Positions 1 to 12,419 of a stretch of 64,000 nucleotides of DNA are shown here, piece after piece. The position numbers and the translations under genes are program-made. The notes under the pieces are model-generated. The model saw only the letters and a list, made by a program, of their open reading frames with translations. It had not been told where the DNA came from and searched no databases. The DNA is from Camelus ferus (Eukaryota): the NCBI RefSeq assembly GCF_009834535.1, contig NC_045707.1, positions 60,948,001-61,012,000 on the forward strand. The letters run 5' to 3'. The number at the start of each line of letters is the position of its first letter. Positions within the stretch are counted from its first letter, which is position 1.

Positions 1-94
1 AAACTGCTTGTTTACGTATCTGTTTCTCTTTGAGTGAATTCCTTGAATTCTGAGACATCTTAGGCATTTCACTAGAAAGGATATGATGACTGCC

Positions 95-320
95 TCAGGC
101 TTTGGTGCCAAACTGCCTGGATTCAAATCCTGACTCTGCCACTTATTGGCTCTGGAGTCCAGGGACAGGTCCTGGATCTCTCTGAACTTCAATTTCCTCA
201 TCTTAACAGTAATTCATAGGGTTATTGTGAGGATTAAGTGAACTAATACTTGTAAAACTATACACAACAGTGTCTGCACGTGGAAGGCATTTAATAAATG
301 TTAGTGATTATTATTGCTGT
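95..320 (+). mobile_element. MIR SINE
   Basis: Matches the MIR core as recalled (ctgcctggattcaaatcctgactctgccactta...tttcctcatct...catagggttattgtgaggattaa...aataaatgttagtgattatt); boundaries approximate. Confidence 0.8.
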
Positions 321-759
321 GGACTTGATTTTTATTTCCATATTCTATCTCTGGTTTCCCCAGTTGCTCAAATTTACCTTGCTGCCACTAATACAACTCT
401 AATTTTACTGCTCTTTGCTTCTTCTAGCTGTAAGATCCAAAGATTCAAAATATGAATCACAATTCAATCCTGCAGGGATAGAATATTAAGAAATGAAAGA
501 TTTCAAGTGTCTAGTATCGGCAAAATAGCCACATTCCAGTCTCTTCTTTTTTTTTTTACTTATCCTATTACTCCACCCTGCGCCCTGATAAGCCCCTTCT
601 AGATAACTAAATTGATTCTCTTTTATGTCTATACTCACTCTTACTCCCTTCTACCTCCATTTTAATGTGTTTGCATTTAATTAGTACAGTGTAACTAATT
701 AAATGGATGTACTAATTGCTGCCCCATCACATCAGGGAGTACTTGATAGTAACATGACT

Positions 760-1620
760 TATAAATGATGTTGTTAATCTTGATCGTTTTAGTTAAGGTG
801 ATGTTTGCCAGTTTTCTCCACTATAAAGTTAACATTTTTTTCCCCTTCTATACTCTTCTTTGGAAGTGAGTCATTAAGTCCAGTCCAACCAAGGGGGCAG
901 AATAGGAGTGGAGCAGGGAGGGAATTAATCTGTACCTCCTAGCAGGGGGAGTATCTACATGTATTCTTTGGAACGCTTCTGTAAGTAAGATTTGTCACTT
1001 TTCCACTATTTATTTATTTATTCAATAATTTTTATATCACCATGGACTCATGAATATTTATTTTATTCTTTGGGTTATGACCAATACCATCATTATTCTG
1101 TTGCTTAAATTGTTTCAGCTTTGGCCATTGGGAGCTCTTTCAGATTGGCTCCTGTGTTCTTTTGACATGTTCCCATCACTTTTATTTTATCTTTTTTCAA
1201 ACTTTCTTCCTTTGGGGCATTATAAGATGTTCCAGACTCATCTTGTATTTTCCTTCCCCAGTCCTAGAATCAGCCATTTCTCCTTTTCCTAGAAAATGGT
1301 ATTTAGGAATCAAAATCAGGATGCTGGGCATGCTTATTGCCACTGGAGTGTCACTACTTCTAGGCCTTCTCAGTGGACAGAGCTAGGAAACACATGCATA
1401 TATACTGACCTATGTATACACACACGTATCAATCATCTATCTATCTGCCTATCTATCTATCTGTCTATAAATCTGAATTTAAACTAGTGTCTCTGGGCCT
1501 AACCCAGTACCACGGAGCTCATTTTGGCCAACTCTCCTTGCTTATTTATGGCATTGTCTCTGAAAATGAGAGACCTGGTTCCCATTACCTACAATTATGT
1601 ACTTATTTGTTTGACTCTAG
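760..1620 (-). mobile_element. Old L1 (L1MC-like) 3' region fragment, with a degenerate (TCTA)n at about 1428-1468
   Basis: T-rich sequence resembling antisense L1MC 3'UTR (tgtttcagctttggccattgggagctctttcag); recognised by eye. Confidence 0.5.
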
Positions 1621-2020
1621 TATTACTGGTTAAAATGTGGCCTCCCACAGTTCATATGTTGAAGTCCTAGCCCCCAGTAATTCATAATGTGACTTTATTT
1701 GGAGATAGTCTTTACAAAGGTAAGAAGTAAGCAAGTTAAAATGAGATCATTAGGGTGGCCCTAATCCAATATGATTGATGCCCTTATAAGTAGGGGAAAT
1801 TTGGACACAGACACATACATAGAGGGAAGAAGATGTGAAGACACAGGGAGAAGATGAACTACTACAGGCCTGGACTGGATCCTTTCCGCACAGCCCTCAG
1901 CAGGGACCAGCTCTGCTGACACCTTGATTTCAGACTGTGAGTCCCCAGGATGATGAGTCCATACAGTTCTGATGCTTAAGCCACTCAGTTTGGTTAGGGC
2001 AGTCCTAGCAAGCTAATAGA
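1621..2020 (+). mobile_element. MaLR solo LTR (MLT1B/MLT1C-like)
   Basis: Diagnostic motifs: ttcatatgttgaagtcct, gtgactttatttggagatag, atgagatcattagggtggccctaatcc, ctgctgacaccttgatttcagac, ending ctaata. Confidence 0.8.
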
Positions 2021-2259
2021 GATTTCTAGTAGACAGGTAAACTTGTTATGAAATTCCTAATACTCACCCCAAAGGAGCAGATTTACCAGTGTACGATGTT
2101 TATGTCCAGCTCTTTTTGCCTTTAGCCTTAGGGTATCTAGTGAAAACACTATTTTCCAAAGTCAGTTTCTTACCTACCTAGTTCCTTACCTACCTACCCC
2201 TTCAGTGAGGCTATATTATATATTTGTAACACAGTTAGATTAAGTTCTTTGTGTGTGTT

Positions 2260-2263
<4 letters not shown>

Positions 2264-2290
<27 letters not shown>

Positions 2291-2406
2291 GGCAGGGGGT
2301 GGGCAGGGATTAGGTTTATTTATTTATTTATTTTTTAATGGAGATACTGGGGATGGAACCCAGAACCTTGTGCATGCTCTACCACTGAGCTTTACCCTTC
2401 TCCCCC
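2264..2406 (-). mobile_element. tRNA-derived SINE, camelid vic-1-like
   Basis: Reverse strand reads agggtaaagctcagtggtagagc (A box) ... gggttccatcccc (B box) ... aaataaataaacctaat, then a poly(A) tail. Confidence 0.7.
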
Positions 2407-2499
2407 TACCCCCACCCCCAGTTTGATTAATTTGTCACAGCCTGCATGCCACCCTAGGATTTCCTCAACAGCCTGGTTGATTTTTTAAGTAATTTGAAT

Positions 2500-2922
2500 A
2501 CAGCAAATGGATTTTGACAGATGTATAAAGTCTATGGATCTCCATTACCTGTGGAGTATGGAACAGTTCTTATCCTAAAAATTCCCCTCCCTCTGCAGTG
2601 CCTTTGGAATGAACACTTCACTCCTCCTGAATCCCTGGCAACCACTGATATGTTTTCCAGCCCTGTAAATTTGCCTTTTCCATACGTCATATAAATGGAA
2701 TTGTACGTTACATAGCGTTTTGAATCTGGCTTCTTTCACTTAGCAAAAATGCATTTGAGATTCATCCATGCTGTTGAGTGAATTTGTAGCTTGTTCCTTT
2801 TTATTTCTGAGTAGTATTCCATTGTACCACTGATTATTAATCCGTTCACTTGTGGAAAAACATCTTTGTTGCTTCTGGGTTTTGGCAATTAGGAATAAAG
2901 TTGCTATAAATATTCTCCTCCA

Positions 2923-2953
<31 letters not shown>

Positions 2954-3200
2954 ATAAACAAAAGTTTTCAATTCAATTGGGTAAATACCCAGGTATGAGA
3001 TTGTTGGGTCATGATAAGTGTATATTTAACTTTGTAAGAAACTGCTAAACTGACTTGATACCTGCTTGTTCCTGCATTCATTTCAGCAATGAATGAGAGT
3101 ACCTGTTGTTCCACATCTACATCAGCATTTTGTACCATCAGGTTTTTTTTTCAATTTGAGCAATTCTAATAGGTGTGTAATGATATATAATTGTGGTTTT
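2500..3200 (-). mobile_element. L1M 3' end (ORF2 C-terminus and 3'UTR), interrupted by a (TG)n repeat
   Basis: Minus-strand peptide TWRRIFIATLFLIAKTQKQQRC resembles the L1 ORF2 C-terminal motif TCTRMFIAALFTIAKTWNQPKC. Confidence 0.75.
2927..2952. repeat. (TG)13 microsatellite
   Basis: Read directly from the sequence. Confidence 0.95.
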
Positions 3201-3669
3201 ATTTGCAAGCACTATGCTGTACAGATGCTTCCCTGTTTCCACACTACATTCCATGTTCTGCTGTGTATGCTCTAGGATGTGCACCCCCCCCAACGTTTCA
3301 CCATCAGTTCTCCCAATAATGGACACTCCAATGGTCTCCCAATAATACCATGAAGCTTATTTTCTTTATTCATTATGATCTCATATATGTCAGTATTTCT
3401 TTACTTTCCTTTTATCGTCAAGTTATTTCACACATGAGGGAAAATAATATCCAAACAAATAAACAATATCCAAATCATATCCAAAAATCTTCTTGCATAG
3501 ACTAGATTGTCAGAGTTTCTCACATAGACCCTATGATAAATGGACAATTGATGTAATTGTCTTCAAAAAAGAATTGAATAAATTATTATGACTTCCAGTT
3601 TGTTTTCAATGACTTCTTTCTTCCTTTCTCCCTCCCTGTCTTGCTTTCTTCTCTGCTTCTTTCCTTTCA

Positions 3670-4290
3670 ATTCATTCTCTCAAAAAATATTTATTGAAGG
3701 CCTCTGCCTGTAGTACAGTAGTCCCTGTTCAAGCCAGGGGTATACACAAACAAGGGCATGGCCCTGTAGCAACTGACAATCCAGTGTAGGGTGTGTTGGG
3801 AGAGGAGGAAACATGGGAACATACACACAGACATACAGAAAAGAGTTATCGTGAAAACAGGCAAGAGTGTGTAGCCAGATCTGCCTCGGTGAGTTAGGGA
3901 AGGTTCCCCAAAGGAGATAAAAATTTAAACTAGATGTTGAAAGATTAGTAGAAGGGAACAGCAGAGGGCATAAAAAAACACTTGTCATGTTGAGGATCTG
4001 GTGAGTAGTTCAAAGTCACAAAGACTGGGGTTCATGAAAGTGGACAGTGGGAAGAATGGATAGAAAAAGAAGATGGATTCAGATTGAGATGGGCTTTGCT
4101 GGTCTTACTTTGTTATTTAGATATCAAAGAGCCGTTGAGGGTTTTATAACAAAGTAGACTTGATTAGACTTGTATTTTAGAACTATGACCTTGGCAGTGT
4201 AGACCAGAGAGGGATGAAACTGCTAATAGGAAGACCAATTGCAAGGCTGTTGCAAAAGTTCAAGTAAGAAATACTGAAGACCCACACAAA
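3670..4290 (-). mobile_element. L2 LINE 3' fragment
   Basis: attcattc...aaatatttattga terminus followed by purine-rich L2-like body (ggaagaccaattgcaaggctgttgca). Confidence 0.6.
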
Positions 4291-4399
4291 GGAATGGCCT
4301 ATTTTCTACCTAAGTTGTCTATTTGTGAGGAACAAGGAAAAAAATGTAAAATCTGGGAAAGTAGAACTATATTTGGCATGTAAATTAGAAAAGAAAAAA

Positions 4400-4680
4400 C
4401 ACCAGCAATCATACAAAAAGCGACATAAAGGATCCTTGTGGTGGCAGAACTGTTCTTTATCCCGTGGTGATATACAAACTCACATGTGATAACATCGTGT
4501 GGAACTAAACATGCAAACACGCACAAGGAGATCCAAGTAAACTGGGGAAATCTAAATAAGGTTGTAGATTGTTGTTACTACTGTAATAAACTGGGCAACA
4601 TTTACATAGATCTTTGTGTTATTTTGTACAACTGTGTGTATATCTACAATCATTTCAATAAAAATTTCAGTTAAAAATGA
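4400..4680 (+). mobile_element. L1MC-like 3' terminus
   Basis: gatccttgtggtggcagaactgttct...aaactggggaaatctaaataagg...tttcaataaaaatttcagttaaaa. Confidence 0.55.
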
Positions 4681-4751
4681 TAGCAAAATAAAGAAATTTT
4701 CAACTCCCCCCCCCAAAATCTATTAATCCTTTTTGGATGTAAAGAGAGAAA

Positions 4752-4816
4752 ATTTATTTTATTTTATTTTATTTTATTTTATTTTATTTTATTTTATTTT
4801 ATTTTATTTTATTTTT
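4752..4816. repeat. (ATTTT)n pentanucleotide repeat, about 13 units
   Basis: Read directly; probably a retroposon A-tail on the minus strand. Confidence 0.9.
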
Positions 4817-6992
4817 AAACTTCTTTATTGAATGAAAAATTCTTTACATTCTATAGTACTTTACAATTTTTAAAACTTTTACACACATGGTTTCATATAA
4901 TCCAATAATAACCCTTTTTTTCCTAATGCTCTACCCTCTGTATTGCCCTTCCCCTCTTCTAGAGGGAGAAATTTAAGGCAACTTGTCCACAGTTCCCCAA
5001 TGGCAGTCTGATTGAGTTTATGTTGTATTTACAAAAAATTTGGAGAAAGTAGAAAAAAATAAAAGCATCAGATTCAAAACTAAGATAAGGTATTTAAATG
5101 TGCAGTTTTTAGATGATAATTATTGGTGCCATTAAATATTTTATATACTGATTCATTGTGAGGAGAGAAATTAAACATTTATTGGGTACTTACATGCAGC
5201 CATTGTTCTGGGGGCTTTCGTACATTTCTCTATTTCATGCTGATGAATGGGCAAATTTTATTAGAATTATTCATGCACTTTACAGATGGGGAAGCCTAAG
5301 GGTCAGAGTGTGTAAGTACTTCTGCAAGGTCATAGTGTTAGGAAGAACCTAAGGGTGTCTGACTTCCAAGCCCTATGTGCTTTCCTGCTACGTAGGGACT
5401 ACTTACAGACACAAGCACAGTAAGACAGCATCTCTGTCATTGACTTGTCTGGTTGATTTCTATGGTGTCTGTACCCAATCTTTGGAAACGTGGTACTTTT
5501 GTGGCAATTGATGTGGATTATTTCAGCTCTGGAAAACATGTTTTCAACTTGTGACAAGGTAACTTTTGATAAAACATTTTGCAAAAATTGAGTCAGATCT
5601 GATTAGACTTCAGAGCAGTTCCTTCAACCTTTAATCAAAATCAAAAACAAAACCTCAGGAAGAGATTTATAATGTTTAACTTTCGTTTACTGTATGTCAG
5701 GTACCATGTTAAACAACTTACATGCTGTTTAAAATTTCACACAAAATAGGGACGAAACTTGGCCTATTTGACTCCAAAGCCACACTTCTAAACCACTGGG
5801 CTACAATGTTGTAAGCATCTACCAAATAAAAATGATAGGGAATGAAGAAAAAAAGAAACTTTAACGAAAAGTTTAGCGTGGTCCAAGATCAGTGACCAGG
5901 GCCACCATTTATTATAATTAAGTTACATGAGTTAACTGCATTGTGTGATTTGGGATCCTAAGGGTGTCTAAGCCATGTGAAAAGCTCAGTGGTATATTCA
6001 GGCCAATCACCTTCTACTTTCTCTCATTTTCTTCACAGCTCTTTCACATACTAATATGTAAAATTATTTAATTACTTGTCTATCACTTGCCACACCTCAC
6101 CAGAACATATGGTCAATAAAATTAAGAACCTTGTCTTTCTTGTTCAATGCTATATTTCCAGTGTCTCAGGTTGTTCTTGGCATATAAAGATTTGTTGAAT
6201 TAATGAATAAATGATTGCCCTTCCCTGGGCTTAAGTGGTAGAGATTTAGACTTACAAACGGTGGTTCAAAAGATCACATTAAAAGGCATGCCTTACAGCA
6301 ATTTATTAGTTTCATGTCTTAGATAAACTGGGATAACTGAAAGAAGTGGAGGAGGAAGCTGGAGGGAGGAGCCGGAGGAGAAGGCTGGAGAAAAAGGGAA
6401 AGAGAGAACATAAACTGGTAATGATAAGCCCTTAAATATGGTGGTGGGGTTGAAGTGTCAGAAATTAGGAGACTTAGGTCAGTGCCTGAAATTGGTGGGG
6501 CGTGCTGGAGTGGGATAGAAACCATCACAAAGTCTAACTTCTCAATTTGGTCTCTGAAGTTCAAACCACAAAAGTTTATGGAAAGGAGGTGATTAGCTTT
6601 GAGGGGAATGCAGTGCTCTGGAGGCCTCCACTGAGATTAGTGCCAAGTGTATTGGCATATTGGGCACTGGTCTACCTAGTTTATATATTGTAGATTCTTC
6701 AAGACGAGTCAGTGATACTGCTATAATCCATGTTAGCCTTGTATCATTGTCGAGAAGGAAGTATATGAAGAAAGGTTAAGGAAAACAAAAGAATCACATA
6801 TGAAGAATCAAAATGAATGGATACATTGAGGCATCTGTAGTACAGAGTGGGAAAGGCAACTAACTTCAACTAGGTTGGTGAGTGCCCCGGAAAAAAACTG
6901 TATGCTCTAAAATGGAATAGTTGCTGAAGGTGAGATGACTTCAGTAGATGACTCCAGCAGTCTGAAGTTTCAAGGAATACAACATTTAGAGA

Positions 6993-7415
6993 AGAGTTCT
7001 CAAACTTTTAAATCTCAGGACCCCTTTACATTCCTAAAAGTTGAGGACCTCAAATGACTTTTATGTGCATTACAGATGATTATTCATTGTTTTATTTTAA
7101 ACAACAAACCAATTAAATGTTCAAATAATCTTTTATATAAAAAGTAACTACTTTCCAAAACAAAAAAATTGAGTAGAGTGGCACTGTTTTGTTTTTGCAA
7201 ATCTCTTTGGTTGAACAGCAAATGACTGGATTCTAATATTTGCTTCTGTTTTGAATGTTTCCGTATCACATGCCACCTAGTCTGTGGAAAACTCCACTGG
7301 ACACTTATGAGAGAATCAGCGTACCAAGCCAAGTAACATTTGAGCATTATTATGTAAATACTTGACTTCCCCCTTGAAAGGGCCTGGGGACCCTTGGACC
7401 ACACTTTGAGAACTG
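6993..7415. mobile_element. hAT-Charlie (Charlie1-like) non-autonomous DNA transposon
   Basis: Inverted termini agttctcaaa ... tttgagaact; internal tctcaggacccctttaca and ttttgcaaatctcttt motifs. Confidence 0.7.
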
Positions 7416-7599
7416 TTTTAAGAGTTAATATTCGTCAATCCAGCTTCAATTGAAACATAGGGGTTTCACAGGCCCTGAGGATTTACATTCTCAAAAAGAT
7501 GAAACAAATGTCCTCATTATAAAGCACCCAGAAAGTATATAAACATGCTATTTTCATCCATCAAAAGAACTAAAACAGAAAGAGGGATTGTGAGTCAGG

Positions 7600-9010
7600 T
7601 AAGAGGAAAGAGCGGTAGGGACGAGAAGCATCCCCGGAAGCCATGGAGAACTACTGAGTGAGGAGTAACAAGACCGGCAGAGGACGGCCGCAGGGGTGTC
7701 AGGAGGAAAGAACTGTTGTTCTTAGGGGGAAAAAATGGGCGGGGAGAGAAAATGGTTACCGGGGGCCGGGGAGTTGGGGGAATTAGGCCGGGAACTAAGG
7801 CGCGCTCGCCGTCACGAAGCCGCAAGGCCGGGCCTCGCGACTGGCCCCGCGTCCTCACCCTTCCCGGTACCAAGACCTAGGGGGCGAGGTGGGCCGGGAG
7901 CGAGGCGTGCGGGTCACGGCCCTTCTCGGGAACGGGAGCGGCTGAGTTCCCTACCGGCGAAGCGGGGAGAAAAGAGACGGAGGGAGGCGTAGTAGGGGAT
8001 GCAGGCGGGAACCCGAGTAACCCAAGCCTTGCGCAGAGGGTTTGGAGGTCGCGGGGGGGGGGGGGGGTGGAGAAGAAGGACGGTTCTGTTGCTGGGCAAC
8101 CCATCCTGGGCCCGCCTCCCGCTCGTGTTGCCAGGAGACAGCGAGGCCGGGGGGAGGGCGGCGGAGCGGGCCCTACGTGCTGACGCTAATTGTATATGAG
8201 CGCGAGCGGCGGGCTCTCGGGTCTTTTTTAGCGCCATCTGCTCGCGGCGCCGCCTCCTGCTCCTCCTGCCGCCGCCCTGAGTCACTGCCTGCGCAGCTCC
8301 GGCCGCCTGGCTCCCCGTGCTCGCCACCGGTAATGGATGGGGACCCGAAAGGAACGGGGGGACGTAGAGGCGGCCTGGCGGCCTGCGCGGGGGCTGGGGT
8401 GGAGGGACCGGGAGCCGCGAGCGGGGGGCCGCTGGCCGCCCGGGGCCTCCTGGGTCGTCCTATGAGGCCAGAGCCGGAGCCGTCCGCGGAGTCTCGACCC
8501 CGCAGCCGGAGAGGGCCCGCGGGGTCAGCCTGCACTTTCTTCGGGAACCGATCGGGAGACGCGCTGGAGTCGGTGCGGCCCTGGAGGGTCGGGGGCCGTG
8601 CTGGTCTGCGTCGCGGTTCCCTGAGCCCCACCGGCTTCTCCGCGCGGGCAGGAGCGAGGCCGCGGCGACGCCGGGGCACCCTGACGAGGCAGCAGCCGCG
8701 CCGCTAGGGATCGGGAGGCGTCCGGGATGCCGGCCTGGCCCGGGTGCGTGGCCCACCGCCGCCTGGACGCCCCCGCTTACTCAAAAATAATCCCGGGAGG
8801 GAGGCGGCTGGGGGATGGAAAGAACCGCGGAGGCTGCGAATTCCGATGGGAGGGAGGGGCTGTGAAGGGGACGAGGCCCCGGGGCGGGGAGGGGGCGGGG
8901 AGGCGGCGAGGCTCCGGGGCTGCCCGCCCACTGGAGGCGGCGACCCGGCAGGGAGGGGAAACCCCCGGTGGCTTCCCTCGGCACGTGGCCTCCGCCTGGG
9001 CCTGATCGGA
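7600..9010. promoter_or_regulatory. NAP1L1: CpG island / NAP1L1 promoter
   Basis: Very high GC and CpG density. G15 tract 8053-8067, TACGTG 8174-8179, TGACG 8181-8185, TATA-like TATATG 8193-8198, YY1-like CGCCAT 8232-8237, AP-1 TGAGTCA 8278-8284. Confidence 0.92.
8223..8329 (+). other. NAP1L1: NAP1L1 exon 1 (non-coding, starts with 5'TOP tract CTTTTTT)
   Basis: Resembles the human NAP1L1 5'UTR as recalled; donor CCG|GTAATG at 8329/8330; TSS inferred from the pyrimidine tract 30 nt after the TATA-like box. Confidence 0.8.
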
Positions 9011-11169
9011 GACCCCAGTCTGGTTGTCCTTACTTTACTGAAAGTTTTGGAGATGGTGGGATGTGATAATGATTAGTGAACAGATAAGTCCAGCCCTTGG
9101 GTTTCAAATTCTTCCCTGCTTCTTTTTGGTCTTAATCTTTTTACTGGTCCCAGAGGAAGGTGTGACTGATAGGTGATGGATGATGAAGCAGGGCCTCCTC
9201 CACTCTAGGGTTTTAAAGAAGTACCACGTGTAAAGCGCTTACGTTAGCTGCTGTTAACAAGAGTCTTGTGTGGCTGAAGTACAAGTTAGAATTTGGATGG
9301 GTGTCTCGACCAGGGTTTTTATTTGGGGAGAATTGATCCTAATCAATCTAATCCTGAACAGTTCCAAGGTAGAAGTAAAGGATTTGGCCTGCAGTGTCTT
9401 TAATTCTTCTAGGACTTCTGTTGCTTTCCTGCGAATTAGTTCCTTTGTTGGAGTTCCCACTATAAGATGCTTAACTGGCTATTCTGTTTTTAAGGTGACT
9501 GGAGTTATGGTGGAGGAGGTATTATGGGGTGGAATGAGTCGTTAATATAAACGTATTGAGCCAAGTTTGTAGCCTGCTGCCTTGTCAGTGTCCCCACTTT
9601 GCCCTCAAAAAGGAGGCAGTAAAGGGAGGCGGGGAAGGATGTACTGTATGGGAAGGCTGGGTTTTCAGAGTAGGAGGATGAACTGGGCACATGATGTCCT
9701 TAAGGAGCCCCTGTTGTATAATGTGTGATTAGTTAGGTCTGTAAGGATTGCACTTTAAAAGCGCACAACTTACACTGCTTACCTGATCTCAGGAGAGCTG
9801 AGCTGGAAAATGAAATCTGTCATTTTTGAAAATAGATGGCATCAAAATACGTTGTCAGATTTAGGCCCTTTATTCTTGTCGGCTTTAATTAATACTACTA
9901 CTACACTTATTTTACTTAGGAAGTAATACATACTACCTTTGATTGGATAAGGGGAAAACCTTATATTTAAAATAACTTATTTAAAGCTGACTGGAGGTAA
10001 GTGAAGTTTACAGTGATCTTCTGGGACTAAAGTCTCATGCTTGTTCGAAGTTGTCTGAGTTCAAATTAATGGCCCAAATCTAAAATGTGGCATTTACTTT
10101 TTAAGAAGACTGGTCCTTTCATACCAGTTTGAAATCTTTGTAAATTTTGTCTGTTGCAAAGTACCCATTTTTGACACTGGACCCATTGACAGGGGAAATT
10201 ATTAAGCTAATACTAAATGTGACACATGGTTCTTGTTCTCTAGATACTAAGAAAAAAAAGAAAGAAAACCCAACACTTGTACCAGAACTAATTTAATCTA
10301 CAGTGCTATTGCTCATTTTCCTACTCAGCTTGCTCATATTGCGTCCAGATGACTGATACTAAACACCCCCAAATGTATTCAATACAGAGTTCTTTTGTAA
10401 GAAAAGGGGCTAAAAAAGATAGAATCTATTTGACTTCAAGCTTATAAAGATGTCAGAATAAAATACTGCTTTATTCACTTTGATCATTTTCTGCTTGATT
10501 GTAAATTTGAGATATTAATGAAAGATAGGATTAGAGGGAATGAATCTTGATCAATTTAGAAAACTAATAATCAGTCTACTCATATCCTCAAGTCTAGTCA
10601 AACTTGCAATTACTTGTGTTCTTAGTTGATTCTTTGAGTAAATATTTTAGCTCGTATTTGGACACGTGTCTTATTTGATGAGCCAACTAGGCAGATTAGT
10701 TGTCTTGATATAAAATGTTGAGTTGTGATGAGTGCTCCGAAGAAAAAGAATGTGGGGGAAGTGGGAGATAGAGTAATCGTTCATAACATTCTTTATATGG
10801 AAGAATTTGTTAAAATGGAAATATTAAATCCCTTTTCATCCTAATTTCGTCTAAATAAGTTCTGTCCTTGTTGGGCAGAGTAGGGATTTGAGGGCAAGCA
10901 CTGTTGCTTTCACTCATCCTTGTAAGCTGCTGAGTACTCTGACCACCAGATCCCATTACCCGGCTTGCTGTGCAAAGTGGCCTTAGTACTTCTGGTTACC
11001 AGCTCTGCCTTTACTGCTACATAGTTTGATATATTTTTCCTTGTTCAGAAGTTCTGTACGTTTTGATTTTTATGGAGAAAGGATGCTATACTTTTAGAGT
11101 TTATTAATCACTTTGAATTATTTTCTAAGGTAAAGGATACAGAAGAGCATGACAGGAGTAAAGTAACAG

Positions 11170-11325
11170 TCAGCACTTATTGTATGATTATTCAGGCAAT
11201 GCTTTAAGTCATTCTACCTGTATTAACTCATTTAATGCTCCTAGAGGTAGATAGTAAGTATCAATATTTTAAATGAGGAAACTGGTACAGAGCAGTTAAA
11301 GAATTTGTCCAAGGTTACATAACTG
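11170..11325 (-). mobile_element. MIR SINE
   Basis: attaactcatttaatgctc...aaatgaggaaactggtacagagcagttaaagaatttgtccaaggttaca. Confidence 0.7.
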
Positions 11326-12419
11326 AGCAATGATGACTTATAATAAGGATTTTATATGGTTTAAAGGGAGTTCCCTTGGCTTAAACTGGTACACTGTATA
11401 TATCAGCGTGGAATTTAAAAGCACTCTTGTTTGGATTCCACTGTGCTTCAAGGAAAAGCTCTGGTACTTAGAGTCATGAAGTCGTCTTCCAACACGTGTC
11501 TGACACGGGAATCACTTGCTTTTGTTTGTTAACGCTGGGTGGGTTTTCACCAAATAGCAGTTCAGCTCAGGTGGGTTTTTCTGCTGTTGGATCAGATAAT
11601 GCTTTAGATAATGAGATCCCTGGGACAGAAGATAGTGTCCTCACATAGGAGTTTGTTTGGCTTGAGACTAATACAAAAGTCAGTTTTAAGTTGACTTGAT
11701 ATCCCTGAGGTTAAAAAGGGAGCAGAAAGAATGAGGTGTTCTGAGCCGTCGGACCACTGAACTTGTTAATGTCCAAAATACAGATTTGTTTAAAATGCAT
11801 TTGGAATGAGATATGAGCTTTGAGGTAAAGGGAAATCTTATCCTTGAGATATTACTGGTTCCCTTGAACTCTTTTGCTTTAAAACATTGGTAGTTTTTAA
11901 TGATTGGCTGTTATACCATTTTCTGTAAAGGGATGTAATTATAGGTGACTGTATAATCTTATAGCTGTAGGCTGATCGGGAAGGCACCTTGGCTTTTGGA
12001 ATAGTGAACTGGGTGGGCATGGGTTTTGGAAGTCCTAGTTTTTTCACTTGTGTGTTGCTGAGCAAATTACTTAGTATTTCACCTGCAAGTATGAGGAACA
12101 GCTATAATCTTACAGAATAGGCTCCATAAATGTTAGCTTTCTTTCCTTCTCATTGAAGTAAGGAGAACTTATTCAGAATCAAGTTCACTGGAATGGTAGG
12201 TTATTTGATAGTACCTGTCTGGACATTGAGTTATTATAAGACCACAAAATAATCAGATGACCGCCTGATTGAATCACTTGTTAATCTTTTGATTATGCTT
12301 CGTGTTCAAGTTTTTAGGTTAAGATTAGCCTTCAGTCATGTTATTATGAAGCGTGTCTTTCCATTGAGATCTTCTGTAACATATTTGGTAGTGAGTTATT
12401 ACAAACTTATTTCTAGGAA

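Noticed and set aside
4743..4976. Possible short retro-insertion flanked by gaga(a)aattta direct repeats
   Set aside because: The putative TSD is imperfect and low-complexity, and the body could not be assigned to a family.
7595..9076. Many overlapping 70-220 aa ORFs at the NAP1L1 5' end
   Set aside because: Stop-poor CpG island giving R/G/P/A-rich peptides with no recognisable domain; several cross the exon 1 donor.
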